DNA from: Cyanobium sp. NIES-981
Lineage (GTDB): Bacteria > Cyanobacteriota > Cyanobacteriia > PCC-6307 > Cyanobiaceae
Length of the DNA: 64,000 nt
Reading direction: 5' to 3'
NCBI GenBank assembly: GCA_943371215.1
Contig: CALRUA020000003.1
Coordinates: 160,456-224,455 of the forward strand
The position numbers were made by a program, and so were the translations under genes. Under the pieces are notes generated by a model. The model worked only from the letters and a program-made list of their open reading frames with translations. It had not been told where the DNA came from and did no database searches. Of the stretch, positions 47,767 through 57,544 are shown in pieces (position 1 is the stretch's first letter; every line of letters begins with the position of its first letter).

Positions 47767-48089
47767 CCCTCGATCTCACCACCGTTCCGCTGCAGGGCTA
47801 CCTGGCCCTGGCCGCCGTTTTGTTCTGTACAGGCGTTTGGGGCCTGATTAATAGCCGCAATGCTGTGCGGGTTCTGATGAGCATCGAGCTGATGCTCAAT
47901 GCCGTGAATATCAACCTGATGGCCTTCTCCAGCTACCTGGATGGCCAGCTGATCCGCGGCCAAGTGTTTGCCATCTTCGTGATCACCGTGGCTGCCGCCG
48001 AGGCCGCTGTGGGCCTGGCGATCCTGCTGTCTCTGTATCGGAACCGTGAAACGGTGGATATGGAGCGTTTCAATCTGCTCCGCTGGTAG
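47763..48089 (+). CDS. ndhE: NAD(P)H-quinone oxidoreductase subunit 4L
   Basis: '[19 protein letters not shown]' and '[13 protein letters not shown]'. ATGA overlap with ndhG. Confidence 0.95.
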   Translation: MTLDLTTVPLQGYLALAAVLFCTGVWGLINSRNAVRVLMSIELMLNAVNINLMAFSSYLDGQLIRGQVFAIFVITVAAAEAAVGLAILLSLYRNRETVDMERFNLLRW

Positions 48090-48101
48090 GCAGGCTGGGG
48101 C

Positions 48102-49013
48102 ATGCGCCTCAATACCGTCTGGCTGATTCATCGCGCCGAAAGCCAGGCGGCCCTGCGCCAGGCTCGGCGTTCTGCCGATGACCTGCGAGCCCAGGGTGTT
48201 CAGGTGGCCGTGGCCATGAGCGGCCAGCACGCCAATCCTTTTCCCGGTTTGCTGGCAGATGAGGGTGGCCCCCCTGATCTGGCCGTGGTGCTCGGCGGTG
48301 ATGGCACGGTTCTGGGGGCCGCCCGCCATCTCGCGCCCCTTGGGGTGCCGATTCTCTGTTTCAACGTGGGAGGCCATTTCGGCTTCCTCACCCATGAACG
48401 CAAGCTGCTCAATCAGGGCCATGGTGCCGATGGTGAGCCCAACCTCTGGCAGCGCCTGCGGGACGATCGCTTTGCCCTGGAGCGGCGCATGATGCTGGAG
48501 GCCCGCACCGATCGCGATGACACGGTGCACACGGCCCTCAACGACTTCTATTTCCGACCTGGCCTGGATGAGGTTTCGCCCACCTGTGTGCTGGAGCTGG
48601 AAATCGATGGGGAGGTGGTGGATCAATACCGCGGCGATGGCCTGATCATCTCCACGCCAACGGGTTCCACCGGCTACTCCATGGCAGCTGGGGGGCCGAT
48701 CCTGCATCCGGGCATTGAGGCGATCGTGGTGAACCCCATCTGCCCGATGAGCCTCTCCAGCCGGCCGGTGGTGGTGCCGCCCCGCTCCCAGCTCGCAGTG
48801 TGGCCCCTGGGGGAAGTGAGCCGCCGGGTGAGGCTCTGGAAGGATGGCGCCCACGCCACGGTGCTTGAGCCGGGCGACCGCTGCGCCGTGCAGCGCTCTC
48901 CCCACCAAGCCCTGATGGTGCTGCTGGCCCAGAGCCCCTCCTACTACCGCACCCTCAGCCGCAAACTGCACTGGGCCGGCAGCCTCACTGCCGCTGAGCC
49001 CTCACCCAATTGA
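48102..49013 (+). CDS. nadK: NAD+ kinase
   Basis: '[14 protein letters not shown]', 'GFLT' and '[20 protein letters not shown]'. Confidence 0.9.
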   Translation: MRLNTVWLIHRAESQAALRQARRSADDLRAQGVQVAVAMSGQHANPFPGLLADEGGPPDLAVVLGGDGTVLGAARHLAPLGVPILCFNVGGHFGFLTHERKLLNQGHGADGEPNLWQRLRDDRFALERRMMLEARTDRDDTVHTALNDFYFRPGLDEVSPTCVLELEIDGEVVDQYRGDGLIISTPTGSTGYSMAAGGPILHPGIEAIVVNPICPMSLSSRPVVVPPRSQLAVWPLGEVSRRVRLWKDGAHATVLEPGDRCAVQRSPHQALMVLLAQSPSYYRTLSRKLHWAGSLTAAEPSPN

Positions 49014-49028
49014 TTTGGTTCCGCCGCC

Positions 49029-49547
49029 ATGGCCCTGGAGATTGAACGCCGCTTTCTCGTGGCTGGCTACGGCTGGCGGCCCCATGTGCGTTGGAGTCAG
49101 CATCTGTGTCAGGGCTATCTCGCGGCCTCAGCAGAGGCCCTCACCCTGCGCGTGCGCATCGCTGGTGCCGAGCAGGCCTGGCTCACCTTGAAGCTCCCGG
49201 CTGGGGGCATCGCCCGCCATGAGTTCGAGTATGCGATTCCGCTGGCCGATGCGCAGGCGTTGCTGCAGCACAGTGGAGAGCAGCTGGCCAAGCAGCGCCA
49301 TGGCCTGGATCTTCCCGGCGGCGATTGGGTGCTGGACGTGTTTGCGGGGGCCAATGCTCCGCTGGTGATCGCGGAGGTGGAGCTGGCCTCGGCGGATCAG
49401 TCCGTGGCAGTGCCGCCCTGGTGCGTGCAGGAAATCACGGGGCTAGGGGGCTTCAGCAACGCGGCCCTGGCCCGCCGCCCCTTCGCCACTTGGCCGTCGC
49501 AGGAGCGTGAGCCTTGGTTGCAGCGTCTCTGCTGCGTATCGGATTAG
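49029..49547 (+). CDS. CYTH-domain protein (triphosphate tunnel metalloenzyme)
   Basis: The N-terminal 'EIERRFLV' (ExExK-like signature) and 'LRVRI...WLTLK' strands fit a CYTH domain. Confidence 0.78.
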   Translation: MALEIERRFLVAGYGWRPHVRWSQHLCQGYLAASAEALTLRVRIAGAEQAWLTLKLPAGGIARHEFEYAIPLADAQALLQHSGEQLAKQRHGLDLPGGDWVLDVFAGANAPLVIAEVELASADQSVAVPPWCVQEITGLGGFSNAALARRPFATWPSQEREPWLQRLCCVSD

Positions 49548-49550
49548 GAT

Positions 49551-49748
49551 TTGCTTCACACCTTCCGATTGGCTTTCAATTCGGTGATCGGCCTCTACGA
49601 CCAGCAAGGAATGCTTCGCTTCGCTGGCCTTGACCGGGCCGAGTGCCTGGCCTACGCGGAGTTGTTTGCCCTGGATGAAGGCAGCTTCTGCCTGGAATCC
49701 CTGTTTGGTGCCGAGCTCGAGACCTGCCGTGCGCTGCCGCCGGTGTAG
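49551..49748 (+). CDS. Hypothetical small protein (65 aa)
   Basis: TTG-initiated ORF 3 nt after the CYTH gene stop. It does not overlap neighbouring genes. No family recognised. Confidence 0.3.
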   Translation: MLHTFRLAFNSVIGLYDQQGMLRFAGLDRAECLAYAELFALDEGSFCLESLFGAELETCRALPPV

Positions 49749-49762
49749 GTCGGCGTGCTGAC

Positions 49763-50038
49763 CTAGCTCTGGTGCCCATCCTGGGGCAGGTTGCAGCAGT
49801 TGAAGCCGTCGCGGCAGATCTTGCCGTTGTCCATCGCCCAGTTGAGCAGGGCCACGCGATTTTTGGCGCCGGTTTTGGTGAACACGTTGCTCACGTGGTT
49901 GTCCACCGTGCGCTTGCTGATCATCAGCGTCTCACCGATCTCCTGGTTGGTGAGCCCCTGGGCTACCAGCGCAATGATTTCCAGTTCCCGCTCCGAGAGC
50001 TCAGAGCGCTGATGACTGAGATCGCTCAGCTCTGTCAT
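49763..50038 (-). CDS. Stand-alone LuxR-type HTH regulator (91 aa) with Cys-rich tail
   Basis: 'LSERELEIIALVAQGLTNQEIGETLMISKRTVDNHVSNVFTKTGAKNRVAL', then 'GKICRDGFNCCNLPQ'. Only the last 91 codons of the 220-aa ORF-track entry look real. Confidence 0.8.
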   Translation of the reverse strand: MTELSDLSHQRSELSERELEIIALVAQGLTNQEIGETLMISKRTVDNHVSNVFTKTGAKNRVALLNWAMDNGKICRDGFNCCNLPQDGHQS

Positions 50039-50102
50039 CGAAGCTCCCTGGGCGTGGCCGCACTGTAGGCAGCTCGCCGCCCGCTGGAAAACCCTGTGGC
50101 CG

Positions 50103-51014
50103 ATGATGGGCCCAATTGGTACGGGCGTTTTGCGGCTGCAGCAGGCACTGGAGATCGGGTCCTTCGCGATCACAGCCGAGGTGATGCCACCCCGTGGTGG
50201 CGATTGCAGCCGTACCCTCAACCACGCTCGCCAACTGGCGGGGTTGGTGCATGCGGTGAATGTCACCGATGGCAGCCGCGCCGTGATGCGGATGAGCAGC
50301 CTGGCGGTGTGCCGCCTGTTGTTGGAGGCTGGCATTGAACCGGTGCTGCAGCTGGCCTGCCGGGATCGCAACCGCATCGGTCTGCAGGCCGATCTGCTCG
50401 GTGCCCATGCCCTGGGCATCCGCAACCTGCTGTGCCTGACGGGTGATCCGGTGCGGGCGGGCGATCAGCCCGCGGCGCGGCCGGTGAATGAGCTGGAATC
50501 GGTGCGGCTGTTGCAGCAGGTGCAGGCCTTCAACCAGGGTGTGGATCCGGTGGAAGGGCTGTTGCCCGATGGGCCCACCGCCCTGTTCGTCGGGGCCGCC
50601 GCGGATCCCCAGTGCCCCAGCTGGAGCGGCTTGCAGTCGCGGATTCGTCGTAAGCAGGCCGCTGGTGCCCGCTTCCTGCAGACGCAGATGGTTATGGATG
50701 CTGAGCGGCTCAAGCGGTTCGTGGGCGAGCTCACGGGCCCCCTTGGCCTGCCGGTGCTGGCGGGGGTGTTCCTCCTCAAGTCCGCCAGGAACGCGATGTT
50801 CATCAACCGGGTGGTGCCTGGTGCCTGCATACCCCAGGCGATCATTGATCGGCTGGCCGCCTCCTCCGATCCTGCTGATGAGGGCATCAGCATTGCCGCG
50901 GAGCAGGTAGCCGCCTATTCCGGCATCGCCCAGGGGGTGCACCTGATGGCCGTGAAGGCCGAAGAGCGCATCCCTCTGATCCTGGAGCGGGCGGGAATCA
51001 GCTCGCGGTGCTGA
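50103..51014 (+). CDS. metF: Methylenetetrahydrofolate reductase
   Basis: 'FAITAEVMPPRG', 'HAVNVTDGSRA', 'QLACRDRNRIGLQADLLGA' and 'NLLCLTGDP'. Confidence 0.9.
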   Translation: MMGPIGTGVLRLQQALEIGSFAITAEVMPPRGGDCSRTLNHARQLAGLVHAVNVTDGSRAVMRMSSLAVCRLLLEAGIEPVLQLACRDRNRIGLQADLLGAHALGIRNLLCLTGDPVRAGDQPAARPVNELESVRLLQQVQAFNQGVDPVEGLLPDGPTALFVGAAADPQCPSWSGLQSRIRRKQAAGARFLQTQMVMDAERLKRFVGELTGPLGLPVLAGVFLLKSARNAMFINRVVPGACIPQAIIDRLAASSDPADEGISIAAEQVAAYSGIAQGVHLMAVKAEERIPLILERAGISSRC

Positions 51015-52179
51015 TGGCCAGGTCGGTACCCAGCAGATCGGCCATGGCCTTCTGCTGGGGGGAAGGAGCCACATGGTCTTGGCGCCGGGAGTCGGTGATC
51101 AGCCAGTCAAGGGCTGCTTCCTGCAGGTCGAAGTGGTCACCGTTGCGATCCACGCAGTAGCGGCCGTACACCAGCTTCTCCACGAGCCTCACGCCTGGCC
51201 CGATGCGGGAGTAGTCAAAGATGATCGAGTTGTCGATCGTGGCGCCCTCGCAGATGTGGCAGCTGGGGCCGATCATGGCCGGGCCGATGATGGTGGCCCC
51301 GTCCTCGATCTTCGTCATCCCGCCCACGTAGATGGGGCCCTGCACGTTGATCTTGTCCCAGTTGGCCGACACGTTCAGGCCCGTGAAGATGCCGGGCCGC
51401 ACTTCCTTGCCTGGGATCTGAACCTGGCGCACCTGTCCCTGCAGCACGCTGCGGATGGCCTGCCAGTAGTCGGGCACCTTGCCGATGTCGACCCACTCGA
51501 ATTCCATCGGCAGGGCATAGAACGGTGCCCCATCGGCCACCAGCCGGGGGAACAGATCGGAGCCGATGTCGAAGGGAACACCGGCGGGGATGTAGTCGAG
51601 AACCTCAGGTTCGAAGATGTAGATGCCGGTGTTGATCATGTCGCTGGCGGCCTCATCCACCGCGGGCTTCTCCTGGAAGGAGCGCACGCGCCCATCAGCG
51701 TCCGTCACCACCACGCCGTAGCTGCTCACCTGCTCCTTGGGCACCCGCTTGGTGATCAGGCTCGCCATGGCCCCCTTGGCCTTGTGGCGGCGCACGGCCT
51801 CGCTGAGATCCAGATCGATCAGGGCATCGCCGCAGAGCACCACAAAGGTGTCATCGAAGAAGGGCTGGAAGGTTTGGATCTTCTTCAAACCGCCGGCGGA
51901 GCCGATGGCATCGCCAATCAGCTGGCCATCTTCGATGCGTCCCTCGAAGCTGTACGCGATTTCCACGCCGAAGCGCTGGCCATCGCGGAAATAGTTTTCG
52001 ATCTCCTCGGCCAAGTGGGACACATTCACCATGACCTCGGTGAACCCGTGTTCCCGTAGCAGCTCGAGCAGAAACTCCATCACGGGTTTCTGCAGGATGG
52101 GGATCATCGGCTTGGGGGTTGTGTGGGTGATCGGCCGCACACGGGTCCCCTTACCGGCCGCCAGGATCATCGCCTTCAT
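50998..52179 (-). CDS. Sugar-phosphate nucleotidyltransferase (mannose-1-P guanylyltransferase-like) with left-handed beta-helix C-terminus
   Basis: 'MKAMILAAGKGTRVRPITHTTPKPMIP', plus C-terminal hexapeptide repeats 'IEDGATIIGPAMIGPSCHICEGATIDNSII'. Confidence 0.88.
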   Translation of the reverse strand: MKAMILAAGKGTRVRPITHTTPKPMIPILQKPVMEFLLELLREHGFTEVMVNVSHLAEEIENYFRDGQRFGVEIAYSFEGRIEDGQLIGDAIGSAGGLKKIQTFQPFFDDTFVVLCGDALIDLDLSEAVRRHKAKGAMASLITKRVPKEQVSSYGVVVTDADGRVRSFQEKPAVDEAASDMINTGIYIFEPEVLDYIPAGVPFDIGSDLFPRLVADGAPFYALPMEFEWVDIGKVPDYWQAIRSVLQGQVRQVQIPGKEVRPGIFTGLNVSANWDKINVQGPIYVGGMTKIEDGATIIGPAMIGPSCHICEGATIDNSIIFDYSRIGPGVRLVEKLVYGRYCVDRNGDHFDLQEAALDWLITDSRRQDHVAPSPQQKAMADLLGTDLAISTAS

Positions 52180-52225
52180 CGGCGCTGTCTGCCTTCGGTG
52201 AGTTGGGCCACCCTAGGCAATGGCA

Positions 52226-53113
52226 TCAGGCGGCCAGCGCTTCTCGAGACGGCCCCCGAGCTGACCCCAGCTCGGGGGGCAGGGGGAGCTGCACGCTTTC
52301 GTTGCCATCGAGCAGGCGTTTGAGCTGCAGGGGAGCAAACAGCCCGCCCTGCTGCTCCAGCTCCACCTTCCCCTGGGAGCAGAGAAATAGCAGCGCCCAG
52401 AACACCCCCACCCGATCGCAGTCGAGATCGGCTGGGGCCACCTGGGCCCAGGCTTCCACCAGCCCATCAAAGCCTGTCCAGTCGAGGGATTCGGGCCACT
52501 GCAGCAGGAACTGGCTGAGGGCAGCGGTGGTTTCCGGCAGCTTCTCGCGGTGGGCTAAGGCCGCCACCTGTTCGATCACGGCCCGGTCGCTGAAGCGCTT
52601 GCTGCGCTGGCGTTGGCGGGTTTTGCCCTCCTCCTGCTCCAGCCGCTCGGCGATGTCTTCGAGTTGACGAATCAGCTCCCCAAGCGTCACGGGGCGCTGC
52701 AGGGGGGGCGGGGCCACGGGACGGCGCAGCAGATGCCGTTCTGGTCGGCGGGGCAATTCAACCCCTGGGCTGAGCAGCCAGCCCTGGCCCTCGGCATCGA
52801 AATCGAAGCTGAAGTCCTCCTCCAGCAATGGTTCGGGCGGGAAGGTCTGGGCTTCAAGCACCTCGGCTTTGAGGCTCACCAGCACAGAAGCTGCCAGGAA
52901 GGCCTCGCTGGTTTCGGCCAGGTCCTGCTCGTAGCTCCCGCCAGATTGGCGGTGCATGGCCGCCACCAACTTCGGCACTTCAATCCGCTGGCGCAGTTGG
53001 TCGAGAAAGCCGTCCACCACGGCAATCACATCCACATCCCAGGGATCGAGATCCCCTCGCTCCGCCGCATCCTGCAGCAGCCGGATGGCGAGCCTTGCAC
53101 CCCCTTCGGCCAC
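52226..53113 (-). CDS. scpA: Segregation and condensation protein A
   Basis: 'AIRLLQDAAERGDLDPWDVDVIAVVDGFL' and a C-terminal winged-helix-like region 'VGVFWALLFLCSQGKVELEQ'. Confidence 0.85.
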   Translation of the reverse strand: MAEGGARLAIRLLQDAAERGDLDPWDVDVIAVVDGFLDQLRQRIEVPKLVAAMHRQSGGSYEQDLAETSEAFLAASVLVSLKAEVLEAQTFPPEPLLEEDFSFDFDAEGQGWLLSPGVELPRRPERHLLRRPVAPPPLQRPVTLGELIRQLEDIAERLEQEEGKTRQRQRSKRFSDRAVIEQVAALAHREKLPETTAALSQFLLQWPESLDWTGFDGLVEAWAQVAPADLDCDRVGVFWALLFLCSQGKVELEQQGGLFAPLQLKRLLDGNESVQLPLPPELGSARGPSREALAA

Positions 53114-53181
53114 TGGTCTGCGCGTAATCAGCTGAACGTACCGGCTCAGGGCCCCGAAAGCCAGGGGCGGCCCCAGCCGCT

Positions 53182-53544
53182 TCAGACCACTTCAGCGGTT
53201 TGGGAGGAGCTCTCCCCCGCGGCGGGCAGCAGGCCCAGCTGGGCATCCACCGTGGCGCGATAGCGCTGGAGGTCGTCCTCCAGCTCGCGGATCCGCACCT
53301 GTTGGGCCTCCATGGCTGTGGGTTCCACCTGGCTCTCCACCCGCTTCACCACACCGGTCCACACCGCGAACACCCAGGCGGCTGTGGCGCCCACGCCTCC
53401 CACGAGCAGTAGCAACGCCGCCAGGGGCAGGGTGAAACTCACCCCTGGAAGAAACCGCACCGTGGTGGCGGCGGTGTTTTCCAGGGTGAACATCACGGTC
53501 GCCAGACCGAAGCTGAAGATCAGCAGGAAGTTGAGCTGCTTCAT
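53182..53544 (-). CDS. LapA/DUF1049-like small membrane protein with C-terminal coiled coil
   Basis: Two TM helices ('LNFLLIFSFGLATVMF', 'LAALLLLVGGVGATAAWVFAVW') followed by 'QQVRIRELEDDLQRYR'. Confidence 0.6.
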   Translation of the reverse strand: MKQLNFLLIFSFGLATVMFTLENTAATTVRFLPGVSFTLPLAALLLLVGGVGATAAWVFAVWTGVVKRVESQVEPTAMEAQQVRIRELEDDLQRYRATVDAQLGLLPAAGESSSQTAEVV

Positions 53545-53656
53545 GGCTCAGGGCCGCATTGGCTTTGCATCAGAGCGTAAGGACAGAGCTGGTTTTCTGC
53601 ACAGGGCCGCAACGGGCTGCAGATGTTCGTTACCCCCGCGATCCCAACGCTGGAGC

Positions 53657-55327
53657 TCAGCCCAGGGCTGGGGCCTGCAGCAGGGCCGGCGGCAGGAGCT
53701 CGGCCATGGGTGAGCGGCGGATCAGGGCGTTGGCGGGAGGGTGAATCACCTTGGCCATGGCGCTGTTTTCCCGCTGCACGAGGGCTTCGATGGAGGCTCT
53801 GTAGCTGTCGGTCATGATCCGCGGGTAGAGGCCGATGCCGATGATTGGCACCAGCAGGCAGCTGATCACGTAGATCTCGCGGGGCTCGGCATCCACCAGA
53901 TGGGTGTGGGACGCCAGCTCGGCATTTTCCTTGCCGAAGAAGATCTCCCGCAGCATCGAGAGCAGGTACACCGGCGTGAGGATCACCCCGATGGCTGCCA
54001 GCACGGCCATCACGATACGGAAGCTGAGGGAGTAGGCCTCGCTCGTGGAGAAGCCCACGAACACCATCAGTTCGGACACGAAGCCACTCATCCCCGGTAG
54101 AGCCAGGGACGCCAGGGAACAGATGGTCCAGAGGGCAAACATCTTGCGCATCTTCTGGCCCACCCCGCCCATCTCATCGAGCTGCAGGGTGTGGGTGCGG
54201 TCATACGTGGCACCCACCAGGAAGAACAGCGAAGCACCGATCAGGCCGTGGCTGATCATTTGCAGCATCGCGCCGCTGGTGCCCAGGTCACTGAAGCTGC
54301 CGATGCCGATCAGCACAAAGCCCATGTGACTGATCGAGCTGTAGGCGATCTTGCGCTTGAGGTTGCGCTGGGCAAACGAGGTGAGGGCGGCGTAGATGAT
54401 GTTCACCACCCCCAGCACCACCAGCAGGGGGGCGAACTGGGCATGGCCTTCGGGCAGCAGCTGCACGTTGAAGCGCAGCAGCGCGTAGCCCCCCATCTTC
54501 AGCAGGATGCCGGCCAGGAGCATGTGCACCGGTGCCGTGGCTTCGCCATGGGCATCGGGCAACCAGGTGTGCAGCGGCACAATCGGTAGCTTCACTCCGA
54601 AGGCGATCAGCAGGCCGGCATAGGCGAAGAGCTGGAACTTCGTGGAGAAGTCCTTCGCCATCAGGGCTGTGTATTCGAAGGTGGGTGCCCCGCCCCCGTG
54701 GAAGGCCATGGCCAGGCCCACGATCAGGATGAACAGGGAACTGCCTGCCGTGTAGAGGATGAACTTGGTGGCGGCGTACTGGCGCTTCTTGCCGCCCCAG
54801 ATGGCCAGCAGCAGGTACACCGGCAGCAGCTCCAGCTCCCAGGCCAGGAAGAACAGCAGCATGTCCTGCACGGCGAACACGGCGATCTGGCCGCCATCCA
54901 TGGCCAGAAGCAGGAAATAGAAGAGCTTCGGTTTGAAGGTCACCGGCCAGGCGGCCAGGGCGGCTAGGGCCGTGATGAAGCTGGTGAGCAGGATCAGGGG
55001 CATCGAGATGCCGTCAGCCCCCACAGACCAGGCCAGGCCCAGGTCTGGCAGCCATTGCCAGCGCTCCACCATCTGCAGCCCCTCCACGGAGGGGTCGTAG
55101 CCATTGAGGTAGCCGCCCACCGTGATCAGGAAGGTGATCAGGGCCACGCCCAGGGCAAACCAACGCACCTGCTTGCCATCGCCCTTATCGGGCACGAAGG
55201 GGATGCAGAGCGCCGCTGCGATCGGAAACAGGATCGAGGCGCTCAGCCAGGGGAACGCTGTGCTGCTGCTCTGGGCCAGCGTTGCGCCCTGGGTTACCGC
55301 GAAGTCCAACGCCACAGGCAGGCTCAA
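53657..55327 (-). CDS. ndhD: NAD(P)H-quinone oxidoreductase chain 4
   Basis: '[12 protein letters not shown]', '[27 protein letters not shown]' and '[14 protein letters not shown]'. TTG start at 55327. An alternative TTG at 55309 gives 'MDFAVTQ'. Confidence 0.93.
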   Translation of the reverse strand: MSLPVALDFAVTQGATLAQSSSTAFPWLSASILFPIAAALCIPFVPDKGDGKQVRWFALGVALITFLITVGGYLNGYDPSVEGLQMVERWQWLPDLGLAWSVGADGISMPLILLTSFITALAALAAWPVTFKPKLFYFLLLAMDGGQIAVFAVQDMLLFFLAWELELLPVYLLLAIWGGKKRQYAATKFILYTAGSSLFILIVGLAMAFHGGGAPTFEYTALMAKDFSTKFQLFAYAGLLIAFGVKLPIVPLHTWLPDAHGEATAPVHMLLAGILLKMGGYALLRFNVQLLPEGHAQFAPLLVVLGVVNIIYAALTSFAQRNLKRKIAYSSISHMGFVLIGIGSFSDLGTSGAMLQMISHGLIGASLFFLVGATYDRTHTLQLDEMGGVGQKMRKMFALWTICSLASLALPGMSGFVSELMVFVGFSTSEAYSLSFRIVMAVLAAIGVILTPVYLLSMLREIFFGKENAELASHTHLVDAEPREIYVISCLLVPIIGIGLYPRIMTDSYRASIEALVQRENSAMAKVIHPPANALIRRSPMAELLPPALLQAPALG

Positions 55328-55455
55328 GGGTCTGGCCGGAGTTTAGAAATCCTGATCAGAACTGAACTCTGCTCGTGGCGGATGTCACACAGAGCGTTGT
55401 GCCGCCTGGGTCGATGCGGGAGCTGGGATCAGGCCACAGCCACCGGCACTGGGCG

Positions 55456-57471
55456 TTAGCCCAGGGCGCCGAACAGCACCACCAGGGCAATCACGCCGCC
55501 GAACACAATCAGGGCATAGAACTGGGCCCGGCCGGTTTCCAGGTATTTGAGCCCCTCGCCACTGCCCAGGGTCACCAGGCCGGTGAGGTTCACAACGCCA
55601 TCCACCACCTTGGAGTCCACCTCAAGCACCTGGCGGGCCAGCTTGCGGCTGCCTTGCACAAAGAGCTTGTCGTTGATGGCATCGAGATACCACTTGTTCG
55701 CCAGGAAGGCGTTCACGGCAGGGAAGCGAGCGGCAACGGCGGTGCCCAGATCGATCTTGTGCAGGGCGTAGGCCAGCACGGACACGCTGATCCCCACCAA
55801 GGAAACAGCCACGGAGGCGCCGGCCAGGGGCAGGAACTCGCTCCAGCTGAAGTGCTGGGCCATGTGGGCGGCCTCCTCGGGGTTGAGCAGCCGCGCAAAG
55901 CGGCTGTTCCAAGGGGTTCCCAGCAGGCCGATCAGCACGGAAGGCACCGCCAGCACCGCCAGGGGCATGGCCATCTGCCAGCCGGATTCGTGGGGGTGGT
56001 CGGCGTGGCTGTGGCCATGGTCGTCGCCATGGTCCTCGGCCGCACCCTTGCCCGCGGCAGCGAGTAACTGGGCCTGCACGGTTTTGTCGGTGCCGCGGAA
56101 ACGGCCCTCAAAGGTGAGGAAGTACAGCCGGAACATGTAGAAGGCGGTCATGCCGGCGGTGATGAAGCCAGCCGCCCAGAGCAGCGGGAAGCTGCCAAAG
56201 GCCTCACCGAGGATCTCGTCCTTGCTCCAGAAGCCCGCCAGGGGAGGGATGCCACTGATGGCCAGGCAGCCGATGAAGAAGGTGGTGCTGGTGATCGGCA
56301 TGAATTTGCGCAGGCCACCCATCAGGCGCATGTCCTGCGCCAGTACCGGCTCGTGGCCCACCACGTCCTCCATGGCATGGATCACCGAGCCCGAGCAGAG
56401 GAACAGCATCGCCTTGAAGAAGGCATGGGTCACCAGATGGAACATGCCAGCCACCGGGGCACCGCAGCCCATGGCCAGCATCATGTAACCGAGTTGGGAC
56501 ACGGTGCTGTAGGCCAAGCCCTTCTTGAGATCCATCTGGGTGAGGGCGATGGAAGCCCCTAGGAACAGGGTGATGGTGCCCACCACGGCAATCACCACCT
56601 GAACCTGCGGAAAGGGCACGTACACCGGCTGCAACCGGGCTACCAAGAACACGCCAGCGGCCACCATCGTGGCGGCGTGGATCAGGGCGGAGATGGGTGT
56701 GGGGCCCTCCATGGCATCGGGCAGCCACACGTGCAGCGGGAACTGGGCCGATTTGGCCATGGGGCCCATGAACACCAGCAGGCACAGCAGGATGGCCGCA
56801 GCATTGGAGAGGCTGCCGCCAGCCACGGCCTCCTGCAGCCGGCTGCCGATTTCCTCAAACCCGAAGCTGCCCGTGGCCCAGAACAGGCCAAGGATCCCCA
56901 GCAGCAGGCCGAAGTCGCCCACGCGGTTCACCACAAAGGCCTTCTGGGCGGCATTAGCGGCACCGTCACGGTCGTACCAGAAGCCCACGAGCAGGTAAGA
57001 GCACATGCCCACCAGCTCCCAGAACACATAGATCTCCAGCAGGTTCGGGCTGATGATCAGCCCCAGCATCGAGCTGCTGAATAGGGCGAGATAGGTGAAG
57101 AAGCGCACATAGCCCTTGTCGTGGGCCATGTAGCCGTCCGAATACACCATCACCAGCACGGCGATGGTGGTGACCAGCGCCAGCATCACGGCGCCGAGGG
57201 CATCCACGCGGAAGCCCATCTGGAGATTGAAGGTGCCGGCGCTGGCCCAGTTGAACAGCACTTCGGTGGTGCCGGCCCCAGCCAGCTGCTGCGCCAGCAC
57301 GGCATAGCTCAACACAGCGGCGGCGCCCACGCAGCTGATCAGCAGCAGGGCCACCGGCTTACGCAGGCGGTTGATGGTGCGGTTGAAGCTGATCAGCCCC
57401 AGGCCCACCAGGCACGCCCCCGCCAAGGGCAGCACCGGAATCAGCCAGGCGAGTTCGGCGGGCGAGGGCAT
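55456..57471 (-). CDS. ndhF: NAD(P)H-quinone oxidoreductase chain 5 (NdhF1-size, 671 aa)
   Basis: 'AWLIPVLPLAGA', 'HVWLPDAMEGPTPISALIHAATMVAAGVFL' and 'AYSTVSQLGYMMLAMG'. Start at ATG 57471. Confidence 0.93.
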   Translation of the reverse strand: MPSPAELAWLIPVLPLAGACLVGLGLISFNRTINRLRKPVALLLISCVGAAAVLSYAVLAQQLAGAGTTEVLFNWASAGTFNLQMGFRVDALGAVMLALVTTIAVLVMVYSDGYMAHDKGYVRFFTYLALFSSSMLGLIISPNLLEIYVFWELVGMCSYLLVGFWYDRDGAANAAQKAFVVNRVGDFGLLLGILGLFWATGSFGFEEIGSRLQEAVAGGSLSNAAAILLCLLVFMGPMAKSAQFPLHVWLPDAMEGPTPISALIHAATMVAAGVFLVARLQPVYVPFPQVQVVIAVVGTITLFLGASIALTQMDLKKGLAYSTVSQLGYMMLAMGCGAPVAGMFHLVTHAFFKAMLFLCSGSVIHAMEDVVGHEPVLAQDMRLMGGLRKFMPITSTTFFIGCLAISGIPPLAGFWSKDEILGEAFGSFPLLWAAGFITAGMTAFYMFRLYFLTFEGRFRGTDKTVQAQLLAAAGKGAAEDHGDDHGHSHADHPHESGWQMAMPLAVLAVPSVLIGLLGTPWNSRFARLLNPEEAAHMAQHFSWSEFLPLAGASVAVSLVGISVSVLAYALHKIDLGTAVAARFPAVNAFLANKWYLDAINDKLFVQGSRKLARQVLEVDSKVVDGVVNLTGLVTLGSGEGLKYLETGRAQFYALIVFGGVIALVVLFGALG

Positions 57472-57544
57472 CCGGCGCTGGGGCAGTCGGATTGAGTGTA
57501 GGCAGAGCGCCGTGAGGCTTTGCCGGAGTGTGATCAGCCGTGGA

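Noticed and set aside
47667-48971. 434-aa minus-strand ORF
   Set aside because: It is antisense to ndhE and nadK. No motifs.
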